From Felis catus (lineage: Eukaryota), in contig NC_058368.1 of the NCBI RefSeq assembly GCF_018350175.1, positions 23,314,001 to 23,378,000 of the forward strand: a stretch of 64,000 nucleotides of DNA. The letters run 5' to 3'. Position numbers and translations under genes: made by a program. Shown one piece after another: positions 23,467 through 36,239 of the stretch (the first letter of the stretch is position 1; every line of letters begins with the position of its first letter). The notes beneath the pieces are model-generated. The model worked only from the letters and a program-made list of their open reading frames with translations, was not told the origin of the DNA and ran no database searches.

Positions 23467-24231
23467 GTGGATGATGAAGAATATGGATATAAAGACTGAA
23501 ATTCCTGGCATCATTGTGTCCTATTGTGAAGCTGTCTTGAAGTTCACACACGAGATAACCGTAAAGAGAAGTGCAGAGATACTGAGCTGGAGTCTTGAAC
23601 AAATCATGCCTAAGAAATGTGCCAGCTTTGAGTTGTAAGTTATGTGAGCCAATAAGTCTTGTTCAATGTGTGAGCCAGTTTAAGTTGAGTTTTCTGTTTC
23701 TAGCTACTGAGAACATTCTAACTGGTGCACGAGTGATTTTTAGAGATGGTAGTTGGAGACTATGCTCATTTCCTCTTGCTGAACTGTCCCTCAGCTCAGT
23801 AGAATCACATGCTTTGTGGCATTCCAGAGTTATTTTATGGAAATGAAGACCCAATTTCAGAACAAATTCACAGACATTTGAAGCATATGAATTTTACATT
23901 AAGTTTCTGCAATAGTCTTTGAAATGCAAGCCTCAGGACGTGATGAATTCTTTGGCTCAGTTTGGAGGGGATTTGATGATGCTGAGGGATAATTAAGACT
24001 TTCAAGGTGATACAGAATCTCTGTAATGCTAAAAGTCAGTAATTAATTCTAGAACTATTATGAAAGTCATATAGCTAAAGTTTGGGTAACATTCTTTTCT
24101 GCCTAACTTTATGAAAATATATTTTTCATGCAAGTGTTCAAATACAAGTTAAATACAAATTGACATACCAGTTAAGAGCTGCTATCTATGAGGTAAATCC
24201 TGAGTCCAAATTTAGAAATGAGTATTGAAAA

Positions 24232-24528
24232 TGTTATGGAACCTGGTCTGGATCAGCCGGCGGAAGAACCAAGCGGCACTTGGAGATCTTGGAAGGCAGG
24301 AGGTTTATTTCACACCAGCAGGCTCTGAGGAGATCATTCTCCAGAGGTCTGATCCCTGAACTTAAGCATGGGGGACAATTTATAGTCTGTTACTTCCACA
24401 TTAGTGGCAATTTGGTGCACGCGGCAAGCGGAGCAGGAAGAAGAACTCAGCAGGAGAGTCTTTGGGCAGGAACTGGAATTCCCAGATCAGTCCCGTCGGC
24501 CATCTTATCACATAATTTTTCCCTATCA
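24232..24528 (-). mobile_element. ERV solo LTR (about 300 bp, probably carnivore-lineage)
   Basis: TG...CA termini. On the minus strand: AAGATGGCCG (YY1-type) near the start, TATAAA at 24384-24379 and AATAAA at 24309-24304. Relatively CpG-rich. Flanks GAAAA/GATAG only partly match. Confidence 0.75.
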
Positions 24529-24690
24529 GATAGATCTCAACTGTTTTGAGACCAGTTTATTTTTGTTATTTCTCCTTGTTTCAGCAACTTGATCAATATT
24601 ATGATGACCTTTGGACAAATAAAATTGATAAAGCCTTTGGTGTGTGTTGCTTTTGTATTCATGCTTTAATCCACCCATCACCATTGTTAT

Positions 24691-25356
24691 TGATGAGGGA
24701 GCATGGGACAGGCTGGCACAACCTCCCCTCCTCCCCATGTGGAATACATGCGAAATTCCTTGGACACTCCTGGCTACCCAAGAACAAAGGAAAGGGGTTA
24801 AGTGCTTGCCATGGTGATGTGGGAAACTAAGGCAAATGAAAAACTAAATACCCTTACTGCCTACAGCCCACTGACAAGTAGGAGCTCAGCTGCCTCAATG
24901 ATGACACTTTGCTAGGGACAAAAGAGTACCTTGGTGTAATATTGTCCCAACCTGCAGGATCCAGTAAATCTACCTCCTTTATCTCAACTGCCTTAGGATG
25001 TATGCTGGCAATCTTGCTCCAAGTTTATGGCCCCCCCATAGGCGTCTGAAGGGTCTCTTGACTGAAGTTTTATTCAACAGTAATAAATGGTCTTTCCCTA
25101 GCAACAGTAAGCCCCTCAGGGTCCTAGAAACCTTGCTTCCAAAATTCCTTGGAGATTTGCTGTATCCCTGACCCCCTCCCAACCTGAGAGTATATAATGA
25201 GTTACCCATCAAGACCCCATGAAGCTTTTCCTGCCCATGGGTCCTGTCCCCATACTTTAATAAAATCTCCTTTTGCACCAAAGATGTCTTCAAGAATTCT
25301 TTCTTGGCTGTCAGCTCTGGACCCCAAGAAACTCCCATCACCCCAGAACTTCATCA
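24691..25356 (+). mobile_element. Complete carnivore ERV solo LTR (CarLTR1-like), 666 bp
   Basis: Inverted termini TGATGA...TCATCA, perfect 5-bp TSD GTTAT (24686-24690, 25357-25361), TATATAA at 25191, AATAAA at 25259. Confidence 0.92.
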
Positions 25357-26236
25357 GTTATCATTAAAAAATTCTTGGAGCTGCAGATATATGGTTTTCT
25401 CATTAGGTGGCCTGTTCTTAAAAACTCTTGAATGTTCCTATATTAAAATATTTATTTGTGTATGTGTAGCTCAAATAATGCTTCTCTCTTACCTTTATTC
25501 GTTGGTCCCAGTTAATTTCTCTCTGAATACATCTAATACAGGAAATATTAAAGAGAGCTGTTGTGTCATCATTTCCTGGTCCTTCTAAGTTTCTTTTCCC
25601 AGGTAAAGTTTCCCAGTTTTTATCCCTTACTACTTTTATGACCTACATTTCAGTTTCACCCAACCGGGTGAGGTCATTCTTAAAAAGAATATCTTAATCA
25701 TAAGAAGAGACTGAAGAAGCAGGCAATGATAGAATCATCGCTACTAAATTACTGGGCAAAGCTAATGAGATTCCCATAGTTAGAAATATTGTTTAGAAAG
25801 TTATAATAACCAAGTTGGTTGTTCATGGAATGATTTTTAAGAACTATTCTTCAGAAAGGAATAAAGAGCAGAGTTTTGCTATGTCACTTCTCATCATAAT
25901 TTAAAACTTCGTTTTGTTCAAATTATTCTCAGAATTTGCATTTGTTTTCTAGTTGAAATTCCTAAATGGTGTTATCTGTTGATTTTCAAACACCTGTGTT
26001 ACGAAAGACTTATCCTAAAACAAGGTCATTTGTTGAGTCAGAGTATTCTTCTAAAAAGGCTACCTCAAAGAGCAGTGTTTGTCATTCAAATTTTGCCCTT
26101 TCTTGGGTCAGAACCTTGATCACAGTGAGGAGCTCAGTTCCTGGCCTAAAAACCCTATGTGTGATATTTTTCAGGCTAGACTACAGGCAATTACAAAGGC
26201 TTTATCTAGGAGGCTTTGGGAAGGAAAATTACCCTT

Positions 26237-26768
26237 TGTGATGTTTAATTTTGTGTGTCAACCCGACTGGACCATGGGCTGCCCAGAGATATCAGATTAA
26301 ACATTATTTCTAGATACATCAGCAAAGATGGTTCTGGGAGAAATTAGCATTTGAATTGGTAGAGTGAGTAAAGCAGATGGCCCTCCCCATGTGGGCGGGC
26401 AACATCCAATCCCTTGAGGGTGTGACTAAAACTTGGAGGCAGAAGAAGGTTGAATTCTCTCTCTGCTTGATTGGTTGGATTTTCACATCAATCCTTCCCT
26501 GCCTTGGGCTCCTGGTTGGACTGGGATCTACTCCATGGGTTCTCCAGCTCTCAGACCTTCAACTTACACCACTGGCCTACCTAGGACTCTAGCTTGCATA
26601 CAGCAGACAGTGGGACTTTTCAGCCTTCAAAATCACATGAGCCAGTACCTTAAAATAAATCTCTTTATGTAAATATGTATAAACACATTTTTTTTTTTTT
26701 GCTATGCATTTCTGTGTAGTGAACACATCCATTTTGTTCTGTTTCCCTGGAGAATCCCGACTGATATA
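26237..26768 (+). mobile_element. MLT2B-like ERVL solo LTR, complete
   Basis: TGTGATGTTTAATTTTGTGTGTCAAC...GTTCTGTTTCCCTGGAGAATCCCGACTGATATA. Perfect TSD CCCTT. Confidence 0.93.
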
Positions 26769-27664
26769 CCCTTCCCACATAGACTTGATGTACAGCCAGT
26801 GCACTGCAGTCTGTGAGGGGAGTTACGGTCAGGACTCAGGGCCTCTTGGCCAGCCATGCTGTTACGCAGGCCTGCATTCCTAGGCCAGGACTTGCATTTG
26901 GAGGTCTTCTAATCGGGAAACCTTGAAGATACTGTCCTCTGCACTCAGATTCAATACCCTGTTCTTTTCAACTTCCAGCCCTCCCCTCTCCTGTGAACTC
27001 CAGGTCCATTAAAACTGCAGAAGACTTTTGTTCTGGGCTCCCCAGGCAGTGAGATGCCCCACCCCCACCCCCACCCCCCATCTGTGCTGATTCGCCTGTC
27101 TCTCCAACTAGAGCACTGTTCTGTGGGGGAGAATGGAATGGGAGAGTTGGCTGCTTCCTGCAGGTTAGCCTCTTGCTTTTGCTATCACAGTGAGTGATTA
27201 AAGGCTTCACTCTTATTTCATTTTGGCCTGTTGTTTTTAATTTGCTACTCAAACAGCTCAGCTCTCCCCCGCTCTCCTCCTGCTCAGCAGAGACAGCTTC
27301 CGACAACGTGGTTCACATCAGCAAAAGCATTTACCATAAAATTGGATATATCTCAGGTAATATTAATTAAAAAAGCCAACACTTGTCGAACACTTACAGC
27401 ATACCAGACACGATGCCAAGCCCTTTATGGATGCGATTGATTGCGGTGTTACTCTAAGTGTGGTCCTCAGACTGGTGATGATTGATAAAAGCTTGTAACC
27501 TGTTTAACATGAGGGAAGTGAGAATTGGATATTTGTGTTTAGCAGTTTGCATTTGTCATTGCTATATGGTGGCTATTTTTATTGTGTTTTTAAGAGTATT
27601 AGTTCACATCAGATTGAAAATTTTAGAAATATGTTCTTTCACCCAGGATGGATGGAGAAGTATT

Positions 27665-28060
27665 GTGCTATCTCACTTAATCCTTATAGTGATCTTTAAA
27701 AAAATGTTTTTTAAATGTTTATTTACTTTTGAGAGAGAGAGAGAGACAGAGCATGAGCAGGGGAGGGGCAGAGAGAGATAGGAAGACACAGAAACTGAAA
27801 CGGGCTCCAAGCTCTGAGCTGTCAGCACAGAGCCTGATGTGGGGCTCGGGATCATCCAGATCATGACCTAGGCCGAAGTCGGACTGTTAATCAACTGAGC
27901 CACCCAGGGTGCCCCTATAATGACCTTTTGAAGTAGATGTTACTATTACCCTTTATTTACTGATGAGTAATCCAAGCACAGAGTGGTTAAGTAATTTGCT
28001 CAGAATCATAAATGTATGCTAAGTGTGGCAATGCTGAGAGTGTGTCAAGACAGTTTAGTA
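27665..28060 (-). mobile_element. MIR interrupted by a SINEC
   Basis: TCTCACTTAATCCT...ATTACCCTTTATTTACTGATGAGTAATCCAAGCACAGAGTGGTTAAGTAATTTGCTCA. Confidence 0.7.
27698..27915 (-). mobile_element. SINEC_Fc
   Basis: SINE body. TSD TATAGTGATCTTT / TATAATGACCTTT. Confidence 0.95.
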
Positions 28061-28847
28061 CACAGCTGCTGGGCTGAACTCTTATGCTAGGGCTAGGTTC
28101 ACCTCTTTTGATCATTAATATCTTGTGCCACCATATTTGTGGTCTAACAAGGGCCCCCATGAGCCATTTGGATAGAATATCTGCAATTGTGTTTGTCCCG
28201 GCAAATTCAGAGTATACCTCTGCCGTAGACACATCACCTTCGTCACACGATGAGATGATGCTCTAGGCTGTCTGGATAAAGAGAAGGTCTGAGTCGTCAC
28301 AGAAAACCTGTCATGTGGTCAAATATTTCCTTGTGTTGGGTATAGTAGTTTCCGAAATTCAATTCTTGTTGGAATCGATGCTCACCCAAAGCAATTTGCA
28401 TATCTGTGGCACCAATTTCCAGATACGTAATTCCATTTATTTGCTGCTCTGGGATTCTGCCTTGGCATCACCACAGCTCTGTATGTTTCCTGTAGGCATC
28501 TCAGGCATGGAAATAAATCTGTGTGAATCCAAGTACTTCCTAACCCTGATGAGGCATAAATGACTGCATGTGAAGAGCTAAGCTGGGTCAAATCCTTCTC
28601 TCATTATCTTATTTGTGATTCCTTGGGCAGAAAGGTAGATTGGGGGGAAAAACCCCAAAGCTTCATGAGAAATCCTTGGTATGGAGACGAGGGATGATTC
28701 CAATACATTTCTTTGGTGGAAGAGTAAGAAACGGAGGTCATTGGAGGTAACTCACAGAAAAGGCAGTAATGGTTTTAAGGGGGGTGACTCTGGGAAGGAG
28801 GCTTTGGCTTGGGGAGGGGAAGTATGAAATTCCTGCTTTTTACTATT

Positions 28848-28879
28848 CAGGTGATCCCTGATTTATGATGCTTTGACTT

Positions 28880-28915
<36 letters not shown>

Positions 28916-29572
28916 TTATTTATTTTTGAGAGAAAGAGAGCATGAGCTCCGGAGGGGCAGGGAGAGACAGACAGGGACTGAGTCTCTGAAGTGGCCTCTG
29001 TGCCGACAGCAGAGAGCCTGATGCGGGGCTCAGACTCACAGACCATGAAACCATGGCCTGAGCCAAAGTTGGATGCTTAACCGACTGAGACACCCAGGGG
29101 CCCTTAGACTTAGGCTTTTGTTTAGGCCTGGATTTTTGACTTAACAATGGGACAAAAGTGATATGCATTGAGTAGAGGTTATACTTCGAATTTTGAATTT
29201 TGATATTTTCTTGGGCCAGCACTACGCCGAGCGATCCTGTCTTGTGATGCTGGGCAGCGGCAGCTCCCAGACAGGCCTGCCATCACCAGGGTGAACCACT
29301 GATACAAGCGTTCTGCACCCAGGCAATGATTCTGTTTGCCCCTTTCAGTACTCAATCAGTGCCATGAGATATTCAATACTTTATTACAACATGGGCTTTG
29401 TGTCAGATGATTTTGCCCAATTGTGGGCAATGTTCTGAGCATGTTGAAGTTTGGCTAGGCTAAGCTGTGATGTTTGGTAGGTTACGTGCATAAATGCATT
29501 TTCAATTTATGACAGTTTCCATTTACAATGGGTTTATCAGGTTATAACCCATTGTAAGTCCAGGAAGATCTG
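28848..29572 (-). mobile_element. MER47/Tigger5-family DNA transposon with a SINE insertion
   Basis: Termini CAGGTGATCCCTGATTTATGATG / CATTGTAAGTCCAGGAAGATCTG. Internal GATGATTTTGCCCAA and GGCTAGGCTAAGCT. Confidence 0.88.
28882..29103 (-). mobile_element. SINEC with T29 tail
   Basis: Poly-T 28882-28910, SINE body, flanking GACTTAG repeats. Confidence 0.95.
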
Positions 29573-29869
29573 GACACTCTTCTCTACTTAAGTTTTTTTA
29601 AAATACATGTATGTGTTCCTTTGAGCAGTTAAAGACCTATCCCAGCCCAGGTTTTGTGTCCCATTCCCTTCGGCCAACTCTTGAATTTGGCTGCAACTCA
29701 GCGGAATTTACTGCAAGTTCTTACTTGCTTCTGCTAAAGGCATCTTGCTCCAAGCTTAGCTTTTCTTTTCTTTTTTTCTTTCTACTGCGGAGGTCTTTAA
29801 AATTGTCAGAGCCCTCTTGGTCCATGCATAGGAGCAACTAGAAAGTAAAGATGCATACAGACCCCTAGG

Positions 29870-30170
29870 ACAGTCTTTGAAGGAAGAGGTTTGGGGTCTG
29901 TGGCTCCAACTTCAGCCTCCCACTCTGTAGGATGGTAATTCTGGGAGGATCTGAACACTTGTCAGAGGTTCCCAACAAAACAGAGCTCCCATTGCCTTCA
30001 GAGGCAGGCTAGATAACATACTCTTAGCTTGAATTTTTCACTTTGTCATAATCTGTCTCCCCACCACCATCCCCATCCCATTTCTGCTTCCTGGGATTGC
30101 CTCCCAAATAAACTACCCACAGCGAGTCCTTGTTTCAGGCTCTGCTGTTAGTAGAAACCTCGCTATGATA
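29870..30170 (+). mobile_element. ERVL LTR 3' part (LTR16/LTR33/LTR67-like)
   Basis: TTCCTGGGATTGCCTCCCAAATAAACTAC...TCCTTGTTTCAGGCTCTGCT is a typical ERVL LTR end. Confidence 0.75.
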
Positions 30171-31644
30171 GGCCCTCAGGTGAAAACTAGGACTCCTGAA
30201 ATGAAATTTGTACTCAGGTTTCTGGACCCTGCTTTCCACAGTGCAGCTGGGTCACTTGTGAGCCCTGGGAGCTGCAGCTGTGGGGGCAGTCACGCCCGAA
30301 TGTAGACTGCAGAATGATCCCACTCTGAGCAATCCATCAAACCATTACAGAAATGTACCATGGGGAAGGTTCATGGCTGAGGGAGGGGGCCAGCGATGCC
30401 ATAAGGGAGACTGTAAATGACTTTCTGGGCAGCCAAAGAAATGTCATAGAGGAAAGAAGGGAGATAGAAGTGAGAAGAGATAAGAAGTTGGCATCACACA
30501 GAGAAATGGAAATGCTGTCTCTCTCTTTTCTCCTGTCAGGAAGGCTAAGAGGTGTGAGCTGCAGATTGCAAAATAATTCAGGGAGCCAAGGACACTGCCA
30601 ACTTGATTTAGATGTTGGAACTGTCTCTTGATTTTTGGAAGCCTGGGGAAGATGACCGAATAGAAACACCACTTGCTTCTGCCATGTAGGTGTGCTGAAG
30701 AATATCTACCGCCTGGAATTTTGGCAGGTCTGAGAATTCTGCAACTGGGGTGACTGCTGGGTTTCTAGCTTCCAGTTTGGTTCTTACCTGGCTGTGAACG
30801 GCCGCTGGCTTCCATTCGCCCTTGCAATACTGCGCCCACCCTCTTTTCTGTAAGCCGCCTTGGTTCTTGTTATTTACATCCAAAGTTCCTGGCTGTTTTG
30901 TCGCCCCTCCCCACCAGACCCGAGTGTACCCGGGAATCGCCTACCTCATTCATCCACTCTCCTTTGGTCCCATACATGGGGCTTGGGGGTGTTCCCTTCC
31001 TCAGTCTGATCCTTTTGACTGAAGCTTTCTCTCTCTTTGTTTACCAGCTGATTACATTTTCTTGTTTGTTGCCGTCCACTTTCTCTTACCCCTCAGTACA
31101 TCTAATAGACCTTCTTGTGTGATGTCATCAGTTAAGTAGAGCAACAGTAGTAGTCCCCCAGCTTGTAGATGCCAAAACCACCACTAGGAGGTAAGTTGTG
31201 ATTCATTTCCAATAACTTAAGTGCCCACCTTAGAGGGCAGGGCGATTACTATGAAATTCCTAAGACCTTCTTGGCGTGTGGGTATCCACAGCCAGTGCGG
31301 GGCACTGCAGCACCCCAGTGAGACCCACTTCTCCCCACCTGCGCCTGGCTTTCTTGATGAATGGAGACGTGATTGGAGAGCTCTTTGGCTTGGGGCTTTC
31401 AGGGTCTCATAGATGTATCTCCAAAAGCAGGGTCTCTGAAACCACTTGTTTTCTTGGGCTAGATTTCAGTAAGTATCAAGAGTTGAAACAAATTCTGCCA
31501 TTTTTATCACTTAAAAGGCAAATAACCTGCTCATATTTCTGAATTCTGTTCTAAACCTCTGACCCCTGAAGCAGGAATGCATGTTTATGCCTTATAACAA
31601 AAACTGATAATGCCCCAAATGGATGTAGACTCTTTTTTCTCTCT

Positions 31645-31840
31645 CTCTTTAAAGTTTATTTATTTGAGAGAGAGAGAGAGTGGGTGAGGAGCAGAGAGAG
31701 AGGGAGAGAGAATCCCAAGCAGGCTCTGTGCTGTCAGTGTAGAGCCCAATGCGGGCCTTGAACTCATCAACCCATGAGATCATGACCTAAGCTGAGACCA
31801 AGAGCTGGATGCCTAACTGACTGAGCCACCCAGGCACCCC
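31645..31840 (-). mobile_element. SINEC
   Basis: SINE body ending CCCAGGCACCCC. Flanking CTTTTTTCTCT repeats. Confidence 0.95.
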
Positions 31841-31952
31841 ACTTTTTTCTCTTAATTCTTAAATTTTAAAATAAAAGAAATAACTGCTGGTATATGAAAA
31901 ATTAGAGGAGTACTAGAAAGAAGGGGCATTCTGTAATTGTTAAAAAGATGCT

Positions 31953-32204
31953 GGGGTGCCTGCGTGGCTCAGTTGGTTAGGCATCCAATTCTTGATTTCA
32001 GCTCAGGCCCTGTTCTCACATCACAGTCCCCGAGTTTGAGCCCCACATTGGGCTCTGTGCTGATAGTGCAGAGCCTGCTTGGGAATCTCTCTATCCCTCT
32101 TTCTCTGCCCCTCCTCTGCTCTCTCTCAAAAAAAAAAAAAAAAAAAAAAAAACCAAACCAAATCAAACAAAACAAAAAAAACCCTAAAAAATAACAACAA
32201 CAAC
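31953..32204 (+). mobile_element. SINEC with a long patterned A-tail
   Basis: GGGGTGCCTGCGTGGCTCAGTTGGTTAG..., A/C-rich tail of about 80 bp. TSD-like AAAAAGATGC / AAAAAGGTGC. Confidence 0.95.
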
Positions 32205-32211
32205 AAAAAAG

Positions 32212-32400
32212 GTGCCGGGCCAAACTGCCTGAGTCAGGATCTTGTTATGACCTTGGGCTTTCTGAGGCTACTGATCCTTATCTGAAATGCAGATGATTAA
32301 TAGTACCTATGTCAGAGGCGGTCATGAGGATTAAATGAGTTAGTGTTTATAAAGAGCTTAAAACAGAGCCTGGAACATTTTAAGCCACATATAAAAAATT
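32212..32400 (+). mobile_element. MIR
   Basis: TGACCTTGGGC...ATAGTACCTA...TGAGGATTAAATGAGTTA...CAGAGCCTGG. Confidence 0.75.
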
Positions 32401-32489
32401 TATTGTGTGAAATGAGATATTTTCTACATTTTGTCTGTCTATATGAGCATAAAAACAAATTACTTTTCTGTTTATATAAGTAGGTTTAT

Positions 32490-32664
32490 TTTTTTATTAT
32501 TTTCAATGTTTATTTTTGAGAAAGTGCAAGTGGGGGGGGCAGAGAGAGAGGGTGACAGAGCATCTGAAGTGGGCTCTGCTGGATGTGGGTCTCGAGCTCA
32601 CAAACCATGAGATCATGACCTGAGCTGAAGTCGGACACTGAACCAACTGTCACCCAGGCGCCCC
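32490..32664 (-). mobile_element. SINEC with an internal deletion
   Basis: SINE body ending CCCAGGCGCCCC. Imperfect TSD TATAAGTAGGTTTAT / TGTATGTCGGTTTAT. Confidence 0.93.
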
Positions 32665-32679
32665 TGTATGTCGGTTTAT

Positions 32680-32975
32680 AATACGTAAATGGACTGTTTC
32701 CTTCCCCCTTAACAGTGTGTTTTGGATATCTTCATCATCACTATTTAGAGATATACCTCATTCCTTTTAAAGAATGCATATATGCCATTGTATGGATGTT
32801 TGGAGTTATGTCGTTCCTACTGTTTCTGTTGTAAACCATGCTGTAATGGATGTGTGACTTTATTTCTGCACACTTAAGCAAGTGAGTTCATAGAAGTAAA
32901 ACCAATTTTACTTTTATTTTACTAGGTAGATATGGACAAATTACCCTCCAGAAAGGTATACCAATTTATACTTGG
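32680..32975 (-). mobile_element. L1ME-type fragment
   Basis: CCTCATTCCTTTTAA...CCATTGTATGGATG...CAAATTACCCTCCAGAAAGGTATACCAATTTATACT. Confidence 0.7.
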
Positions 32976-33912
32976 TTTGGACACTTTTTTATTTAGATTT
33001 GATGACTAAACACCGATTCTTGGCTGATGGGGATAAATTAGGAATACAGAGAAATGTATCTGTGGCAACGTTGGGCAAAATGGCGGTACCTGGACTGAGA
33101 TAAACTTAGGTCTTGGGTTTTTAAATAGCAGGTTCCCTTAGGCCTGAACTCTGTTTTAGGGGTACACAGACAGTACTAGAACTGATGGCACCTACCTCTT
33201 AGCTCAGAAAAACTCCAGATTCATCAGTGTGCTCACAACGATGGACACACAGAGCACTGCCTTGGTCTACATATGTCAAGCATCCACCACTAATAGACAA
33301 GCCCGTGTATCAAATATGGAGAAAGTAAATTTCTTTATAATTACTCTAACTGCAAAAGGAGATTATCAAATGTGCTAAAAGGAAATAGATGCAGGATCTT
33401 CTAGAATACAGGGTGTTGGAGAAGGAAGGCAGGAGGATCGCAGGGTGAGGAGCTTACTGGCCTCTGACCTCTGGCACTGGCTGGGTGCTCACTTTTTAGC
33501 TAAAGATCGTATCTTCCTCTCTCTTCAGACTTCCTCTGTGCTTTTTTCATGATGCCAGTGAATTTTCTCTGCCATCTCACAAGGCTTAAAGACAGAGCTT
33601 GGGCTATTCATCATATAGGAAAGCAAGCTTTACTGCAGTGAAATTCCTGAATCAGGGAAAATTCATTTAATTGGAATGATAAATCTTTATTACTCATTTA
33701 TTTAATCCCCAAAAGGCATGAATTAGGTTAAAATATTGGAATACTGAAAAAATACAAAGAAGAGAGCCAATTTTAGCCATAATCACTCATAAATTACAGT
33801 ATGTACATTATACAATAACTTATACATTATATTCAATTAAAAGTGAAAAGCACACTCTGACCACATTTTCTCCCTTCCACTCCAGCCGCTAATAGTTTAA
33901 GGTACTTCTTGG

Positions 33913-34122
33913 TTTTGTTTTGTTTTGTTTTTTTTTTTTTTTTTTTTTTTGAGAGAGCGAGTGAGCGTGGGGGAGGGGCAGAGAGCGAGGGAGACACAGA
34001 TTCCAAAGCAGGCTCCAGGCTGTCAACGCAGAGCCTGATGTAGAGCTTGAACTCATGAGACATGAGATCATGACCTGAGCTAAAGTCGGACGCTCAACCC
34101 ACTGAGCCACCCAGGCATCCCC
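33913..34122 (-). mobile_element. SINEC_Fc
   Basis: (TTTTG)n/T tail, SINE body, flanking TTCTTGG repeats. Confidence 0.95.
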
Positions 34123-34499
34123 TTCTTGGAACTTTTAGTCTTTAAAATACTTCATATTAAAGACAGAAAAATATAAGCTCTGTATGTTTTCCCACTGAAC
34201 AGCCAGGAGGCCATCTAATGTTTCAGCACCTTGGAGAGATAAAGGAGGGGAGGAGTTGGGGCTGGGGGGAAGGGAGCTGGACAGGGGGGCTGAGGAGTAG
34301 GCAAGTGGGATAGGAGAGGTCAGGAATGCCCAGGGACCCAGGCGCTGCTCTGCTTCCTCTTCTGTGGTGACTGACCAGAGTCAGAGAACATCACGTTCAT
34401 CTAGTCCTGCCTCCCTGTTTACAGAGGTGTTTTTCCAGCCCTTAGCTCTTGAAGCTTCCTAGAGAAGAAAATTCTGTCACTATCAAAAAGATAATGAAA

Positions 34500-34680
34500 A
34501 TGGTAATAGTAACCACAGCAATAATTTCTTGACCATCTGCTCCATGCCACATATTGAAAATACATGATCTCTTTTAATTTCTGTGCAAATCCCATTGTTA
34601 TCTCCATTTGCAGATGGGGAACTGAGGTCAGGAAGTGAAGCACGACTAAGTTATACAGTGAACCAATGGAGTTTACACTT
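34500..34680 (-). mobile_element. MIR fragment
   Basis: ATCTCCATTTGCAGATGGGGAACTGAGG core. Confidence 0.7.
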
Positions 34681-36029
34681 GTAGCCCCCACAGTTGGACT
34701 GTGCCGCCTGCTGTCTGATAATCCTGCAGACGAGCTGGGCTACCTTTGATTATTCTGTAGAGAAGGATTTCCTAATGCTATCCTGGATACCGTGGGGAAA
34801 CAGCATTCCATATCTTCAGAAACCCACCCAGCTTTTATCAGGAAAGTTTCCTATGTGACCTTTCCTCCCCATAAGTGATTTCTAGGAGGTGGCAATAGTT
34901 CTTACCCATACTTAGACTGGTGGGCTTTGTAGACTCTGTGGCTTAAAAATAATGGGCCAGGAAAATTTCCAAAATGATGCTCAGGGACAAAGAAGTACCA
35001 GACAGAAAGCAGAGCCATTAAAAACAAGAAGTTAATGGATGACTCAGAAGGGGCAACGTTACTGCCCGGTGACTTAAAATTTGGCATCTAGGAAGCTAAA
35101 ATAAAAGGTTTGGGCAATCAGGAAGTAATAAAATACATTACTGGTAATTTTTGGCATTGATGAACACAGCTGGGCCAGCTTGGGGAAAATGCCAACAATG
35201 AACCAACAAATCTAAATGGCTGGCTCAGGGAGGTCGGGAGGATAGGTTTGGAATCTGAGTCTTGGTTGAGTGCAAAGTCGGGGAAGGTAGAGCTCTCTGC
35301 AGACTCTCTGTGGATCAATGGGGAGGACTTAATTCAGCTTGTAGGTGGGGCCAGCGGGCTGATGGGGTGGTAAGAAATGACGCTCAGATGGCAGCGTGCT
35401 GGGACAGTGTCTGTCTCTGTAAGGCTCTGTGGGGCCGTGTTCCCTTCCCTTTGCAGACTACCGCCTCCGACACTTGCTGCCACTGCCCAGCACTGGATCT
35501 GTGGGCAGCCCAGAGGCCGATGTGTGGGGCCAATGTGAAAGGCATAGCTGTTCACTGGGCTGATGGACTTACAGGCATGCTGCTCAGGAGGAAATAATTC
35601 CCAAGAGATCTGAGAAGTCACACTGATTAAGGGGAACAGGGACATACTATTGGCTCAGAGTACTGTGTCCTAGACACTGTGCCTGGACCTTCACACAAAT
35701 TATTCTGTTTAAGCCTCTCAACGAACAGAAGGTAGAGGTAAACTTATCTGAGCAGGGTTAAACCTGCAAAGAAGTTGTAAGATGGACAGAGGGAAGGAAG
35801 CACTGAGCTCTCCCTGACATTGGGGACAGGGGCTGGAGGAGGGACCTTGGGATGATCCATGGCCTCGGTCGTCTCCATCACATCCCAGGTGGTGCCTCAG
35901 ACTTCAGGCTTGTAGCACAGAGAATAGATATGAGAGCCGGCGGAGGTAAATGGAGAGGTCGTCTAGCTGCACGTAGAATGGTGTGAGAGTCATTGCTGCA
36001 AGTGGGAGTCAGTACTGTGAAGACATGGG

Positions 36030-36205
36030 CGCTACTACTCACTCACCCCTCTGTGCCTCAACTTGCTCATCTATAAAATGTGGCTCATAATTGGATTCAT
36101 GTATAAGGTCATCGTGAGGCTTAAAATGAATTAATACATTTTAAACACTTGAAGAGTGCCTGGAGTGTAATAAGCCTGGTGAGTGTTAATTATCAGTGGT
36201 GATTA
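36030..36205 (+). mobile_element. MIR
   Basis: CTCTGTGCCTCAACTTGCTCATCTATAAAATG core...GTGCCTGG. Confidence 0.75.
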
Positions 36206-36239
36206 TTACCAAAAAGAGACTAAAAAGGCCACTGGTAAT

